A DNA stretch of 64,000 bases from Bacteroidales bacterium (GTDB lineage Bacteria; Bacteroidota; Bacteroidia; Bacteroidales; UBA12077): the NCBI GenBank assembly GCA_028282585.1, contig JANQHR010000040.1:1-64000 (forward strand). The letters are read 5' to 3'. This document shows positions 60,433-64,000 of the stretch, piece by piece. Positions within the stretch are counted from its first letter, which is position 1. Each line of letters starts with the position of its first letter. Below the pieces are notes generated by a model. The model did no database searches, had not been told where the DNA came from, and was given only the letters and a program-made list of their open reading frames with translations. The position numbers and the translations under genes were made by a program.

Positions 60433-60605
60433 GCAAGAGTGCTATATGAATCCTATGAAGAAACTGGTGTTTTTCATAAAACTAAAAAGGGCAGAGAGGT
60501 TGTCTAAGAATTAGGCTCATTATATTTAAATCTCGGCTTAATCTCTAAAGGCATATATAATTCCTAAGTTCAGCTTAACCACTCTACCTTATATATTGCT
60601 CTTGC
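60433..60605. ncRNA. Candidate structured RNA (~170 nt)
   Basis: Nested stems GCAAGAGTGCTATATG/TATATATTGCTCTTGC, AGAGAGGTT/AACCACTCT and TTAGG/CCTAA, plus a side hairpin at 60454-60478. Folded by hand only. Confidence 0.35.
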
Positions 60606-60687
60606 CAATATGATAACATTAACACTGTTTACCCTATCTAAATAAACTTTTTTTTGTTTTAACTGTTTTCTAATAAAACTTTAAAAT

Positions 60688-61266
60688 ATGGCATTTACAT
60701 TACAAATTGGAGATAAAGCACCGGATTTTAATTTACCGGCAACAGATGGTAGTTCATATCAATTATCTGACTTTAATGAGAAAATACTGGTTATATTTTT
60801 TACTTGCAATCATTGTCCATATGTAATTGGTTCTGATGAAACAACAAGAAAAACAGTGGAAAAATATACACCGCAAGGAGTTCGGTTTATAGGTATTAAT
60901 TCTAATAGTAAAAATACTTATGAAGAGGATAGTTTCCCTAACATGGTTAAAAGAATGGAAGAAAATAGTTTTCCATGGTTATATTTATATGATGAATCTC
61001 AAGATATAGCTATGGATTATGGTGCCTTGAAAACACCGCACTTTTTTGTTTTCAATGAATCAAGGCATTTGATATATACAGGACGCGCTATTGATAATCC
61101 ACGGGATCCATCAAAAATGACAGTAAACGATCTGGAGAATATTTTAGATAAACATTTAGCAGATAAAGAAATTTGCCCGAAAGTTACAAATCCTATTGGT
61201 TGTAATATTAAATGGGAAGGAAAAGATAAACACTGGATGCCTGCAGAAGCATGTGACTTAGTGTAA
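60688..61266 (+). CDS. Cytoplasmic thioredoxin-like / AhpC-TSA redoxin
   Basis: [25 protein letters not shown]. Confidence 0.88.
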   Translation: MAFTLQIGDKAPDFNLPATDGSSYQLSDFNEKILVIFFTCNHCPYVIGSDETTRKTVEKYTPQGVRFIGINSNSKNTYEEDSFPNMVKRMEENSFPWLYLYDESQDIAMDYGALKTPHFFVFNESRHLIYTGRAIDNPRDPSKMTVNDLENILDKHLADKEICPKVTNPIGCNIKWEGKDKHWMPAEACDLV

Positions 61267-61588
61267 AACTGAAAAAGCTACATTAATTTATACATGGCTT
61301 TCTTCTTTTTGGTTTTCATCAATTAATGAAATGATTGTCATAATTTTACCTGATAAAATTGATATAATATAATTCTTGACACATTGCGTGTTGGGATATA
61401 TTTATAATATTTAATAGTGATTCTTTCTAAAAACCTTCCTATAACCCTTACTTGCAATGATGTTCCATGGGATAATTTAGAATGGTTTACTGCAGAATTT
61501 ATTTCATTAGTTTTGTATACAATTATTGTTCAAATCAGTTTAAAATAAGTCAATTTTCATGTAAATTAGATCCTATTAAATTGTCTTA

Positions 61589-64000
61589 ATGAAAAAGGTA
61601 TTTTTAACACTCTGTTTTATTACAATTATATTTAATTTATTATCCGGACATGACTATCTAAAAAAACTTTATGATAAAAGTGATGGTTTGTCCAGTACCA
61701 ATATATTTTCAATTTATCAAGATTCGGAAGGTTATATATGGATTGGAACGGATCAAGGCTTAAGTCGTTTTGATGGCTATGAATTTATTAATTATTCGGA
61801 ACCAAAAGAAATTATAAACAATCCAATTGTAGACATTGTACAAACCAAAAATGATAAGTTTTTATTAATAACAAAAGACGGGAACCTATGGAAATTTAAC
61901 CGGGTAAACATATTAAAGTACTCAGATAAAGAAATATTTCTTAACCATCGATTCACTAATATTGAAAATTATAGTAATCAATTATTAGTATCTTTTTATA
62001 ACAAGCCCGGATTGTATAAATTGCTTGAAGATTCATTAATCATTACTGCCAACGAGATAAAAAATGATAAAGTTTTAAAGCTTAAACAAGACCGTAACAA
62101 CAACATTTTTATTACTACAGACAAAGGGATTCTTCAATACAAAAATGACTCTGTTTTTCCTTTGTTAATAAACGATACAACTATATACAGAGATTATCTG
62201 ATCCAACCTGTTGACACAAGTTGGTATGGCAATCAATATAACAAAGAAGTACATTGGCATACAACTAAAGAACATGGAATATTTATTAATTATGATAATT
62301 TCTGGGAACATTATGCCGGGGATGAAAATTCCTGGTTTACAGATTTAAATGATAATTCTTACGGAGAGGTTTGGGCTTCAACCTTAATAGGGATGTTTCG
62401 ATTAATTTTCTTGAACCCTGATTACGGATATTTATACACTGAACTCCGGCAAAAAAAAATTATTTCAACCTTAATTGATAATAACGATATTCTTTGGATT
62501 GGAGCACTTGGTAAAGGATTGTATCAATTTACGCGAACTAATTTTATAAATTATTTATTTCCTTACGGTTTTCCTGGAACATCAGCGAAAGTTCTATTCA
62601 AAGATGGTTACGATGATATTTGGTTTGGTGCTAAAAGTTATGGTATTGTAAAACTTCATCCGTATTTCCTTAAAAAATATGATTTAAGGGATAAATATCC
62701 GTCGCCCAATGTTCTTTGTGGCTTAAAAAAGGATTCTTTACTAGTTTTTGGAGGGAAAAACATTCTTTTGGAGTTTAAGGAAGATCATTTTATTGACTTT
62801 AACCGTAAAGGATTACCTGCAAAATTTTTAATGTCAAACCTGGAATTAACATCTGCCGGTAATTTAGTAGCATTGATCAACAAATCGGAACTATGGGAAT
62901 ATAATGATACCGGTTGGACAAAAAAAACAATTCCCTCCGAATTAAATATTATTAATAGCTTATATAAGGACTCTAATAATGTTGTTTGGTTATGTTCAAA
63001 TCAGGGTGTTTACAGTTATTCCGAAGAAATAGCTCAAAAAAGATATCATATAACCGGTGCAACAACAATTTGTCAATCTGACAGTAATACATTTTGGATT
63101 GGTACGGGTAATGGAGTTCATGTAGTAAAAAATGATTCCTTAACAAATCATTTCACTACGATTGACGGATTAATTAGCGACAACGTTAATTCTATTTCTG
63201 CTTTAGATGATAAGATTTTTATTGGAAGCGAACAAGGGTTAGTTATTTATTACAATAAAGAATTTCATCAGTTTACAACTAGTTTAGGTTTAATTAGCAA
63301 TAATATTTCGGAAGGAAAAATTGAATTTGTTGAAAACCATTTAGCTTATATTGGTACAAAAAACGGTTTCTCAGCATTTGAATTAAGGCATTTCGATGAA
63401 AAGTCAAACCCAATTTGTAATTTAAATAAAATCACTACCAATAAAGACACAATTATTCTAAATAAAAAAACGAATGTACTCCATAACCTATCTTATTCAG
63501 CCAAAGTAAATGATTTAAGTTTCTTCTTCAGTATTATTGATTTTAGGCATTCCAATAAAAAGCTTCGGTATAAAGTTTTCAAAAACAGCAAACTAAAAGA
63601 AGTAAATGAAATAAAGTCACCGCAAATAATATTTAAAAATTATGACCCAGGCTATTATCAAGTAGAACTGGAAACAAATACTATTACAAAAAATTGGGAA
63701 CTACTTTATACAATAAATTTTAAGATTAAACCTAAATGGTATAACACAATGCTTGCCTATATTATTTATATCTTAATACTTGCTTCATTAGCTCTTATAC
63801 CATATTATTTAAGAAAACAAAGCAAACGGAAAAAGTATAAGACAAGTTCTCTGTCGAAAGTAAAAGCTAAAGATATTATTTGTCAATTGATAGATTTACT
63901 GGAAAAAGAAAAAATCTATCAAGATCCTGATTTATCTCTCAATTCCTTATCTAAAAAGCTTAGTTGTTCCAAAGAATATATTTCACAGGTAATTAATACC
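61589..64000 (+). CDS. Membrane-spanning regulator: beta-propeller sensor, TM and AraC HTH (truncated by the window end; absent from the ORF track)
   Basis: MKKVFLTLCF..., DGLSSTNIFSIYQDSEGYIWIGTDQGLSRFDG; after the TM, KIYQDPDLSLNSLSKKLSCSKEYISQVIN, in frame to the end of the window. Confidence 0.85.
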   Translation, partial: MKKVFLTLCFITIIFNLLSGHDYLKKLYDKSDGLSSTNIFSIYQDSEGYIWIGTDQGLSRFDGYEFINYSEPKEIINNPIVDIVQTKNDKFLLITKDGNLWKFNRVNILKYSDKEIFLNHRFTNIENYSNQLLVSFYNKPGLYKLLEDSLIITANEIKNDKVLKLKQDRNNNIFITTDKGILQYKNDSVFPLLINDTTIYRDYLIQPVDTSWYGNQYNKEVHWHTTKEHGIFINYDNFWEHYAGDENSWFTDLNDNSYGEVWASTLIGMFRLIFLNPDYGYLYTELRQKKIISTLIDNNDILWIGALGKGLYQFTRTNFINYLFPYGFPGTSAKVLFKDGYDDIWFGAKSYGIVKLHPYFLKKYDLRDKYPSPNVLCGLKKDSLLVFGGKNILLEFKEDHFIDFNRKGLPAKFLMSNLELTSAGNLVALINKSELWEYNDTGWTKKTIPSELNIINSLYKDSNNVVWLCSNQGVYSYSEEIAQKRYHITGATTICQSDSNTFWIGTGNGVHVVKNDSLTNHFTTIDGLISDNVNSISALDDKIFIGSEQGLVIYYNKEFHQFTTSLGLISNNISEGKIEFVENHLAYIGTKNGFSAFELRHFDEKSNPICNLNKITTNKDTIILNKKTNVLHNLSYSAKVNDLSFFFSIIDFRHSNKKLRYKVFKNSKLKEVNEIKSPQIIFKNYDPGYYQVELETNTITKNWELLYTINFKIKPKWYNTMLAYIIYILILASLALIPYYLRKQSKRKKYKTSSLSKVKAKDIICQLIDLLEKEKIYQDPDLSLNSLSKKLSCSKEYISQVINT

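Noticed and set aside
61417-61548. 43-aa GTG-start ORF upstream of the AraC-type regulator
   Set aside because: No recognisable homology or supporting signals; may be chance or a decayed fragment.

Overview
AT-rich chromosomal window from a Bacteroidota bacterium, probably Bacteroidales/Marinilabiliales-like. This assignment rests on TAnnTTTG promoters, a T9SS C-terminal domain, fused lpxC-fabZ and DUF4837/DUF4270-type lipoproteins. Core genes: M23 peptidase-dxr-rseP-tatA-mltD, tRNA-fMet, rimP-nusA-infB, HD-lpxD-lpxC/fabZ-lpxA and glutaminase. Accessory content: (1) a TIGR03032/DUF4915 gene, a Tyr-rich FG-GAP/cadherin T9SS cargo with an unusual ~60-aa basic leader, and a convergent TPR-GT41 (OGT/SPINDLY-like) glycosyltransferase, the best candidate for an undescribed secreted-protein modification system; (2) a lipoprotein / TerB-FHA-like-ABCG transporter / SiaC(DUF1987) cluster; (3) a double-length UvrA whose halves both lack the UvrB-binding domain; (4) a HEPN-MNT pair whose toxin has an in-frame TAG; (5) a ~2-kb islet bounded by tRNA-fMet and a degenerate tRNA 3' copy split by a hairpin insert; (6) IS3/IS150 end scars; (7) mirror-image direct-repeat operators at the divergent DUF4270/Kelch promoters; (8) a candidate ~170-nt structured RNA. 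All calls come from reading motifs by eye; no database searches were run.
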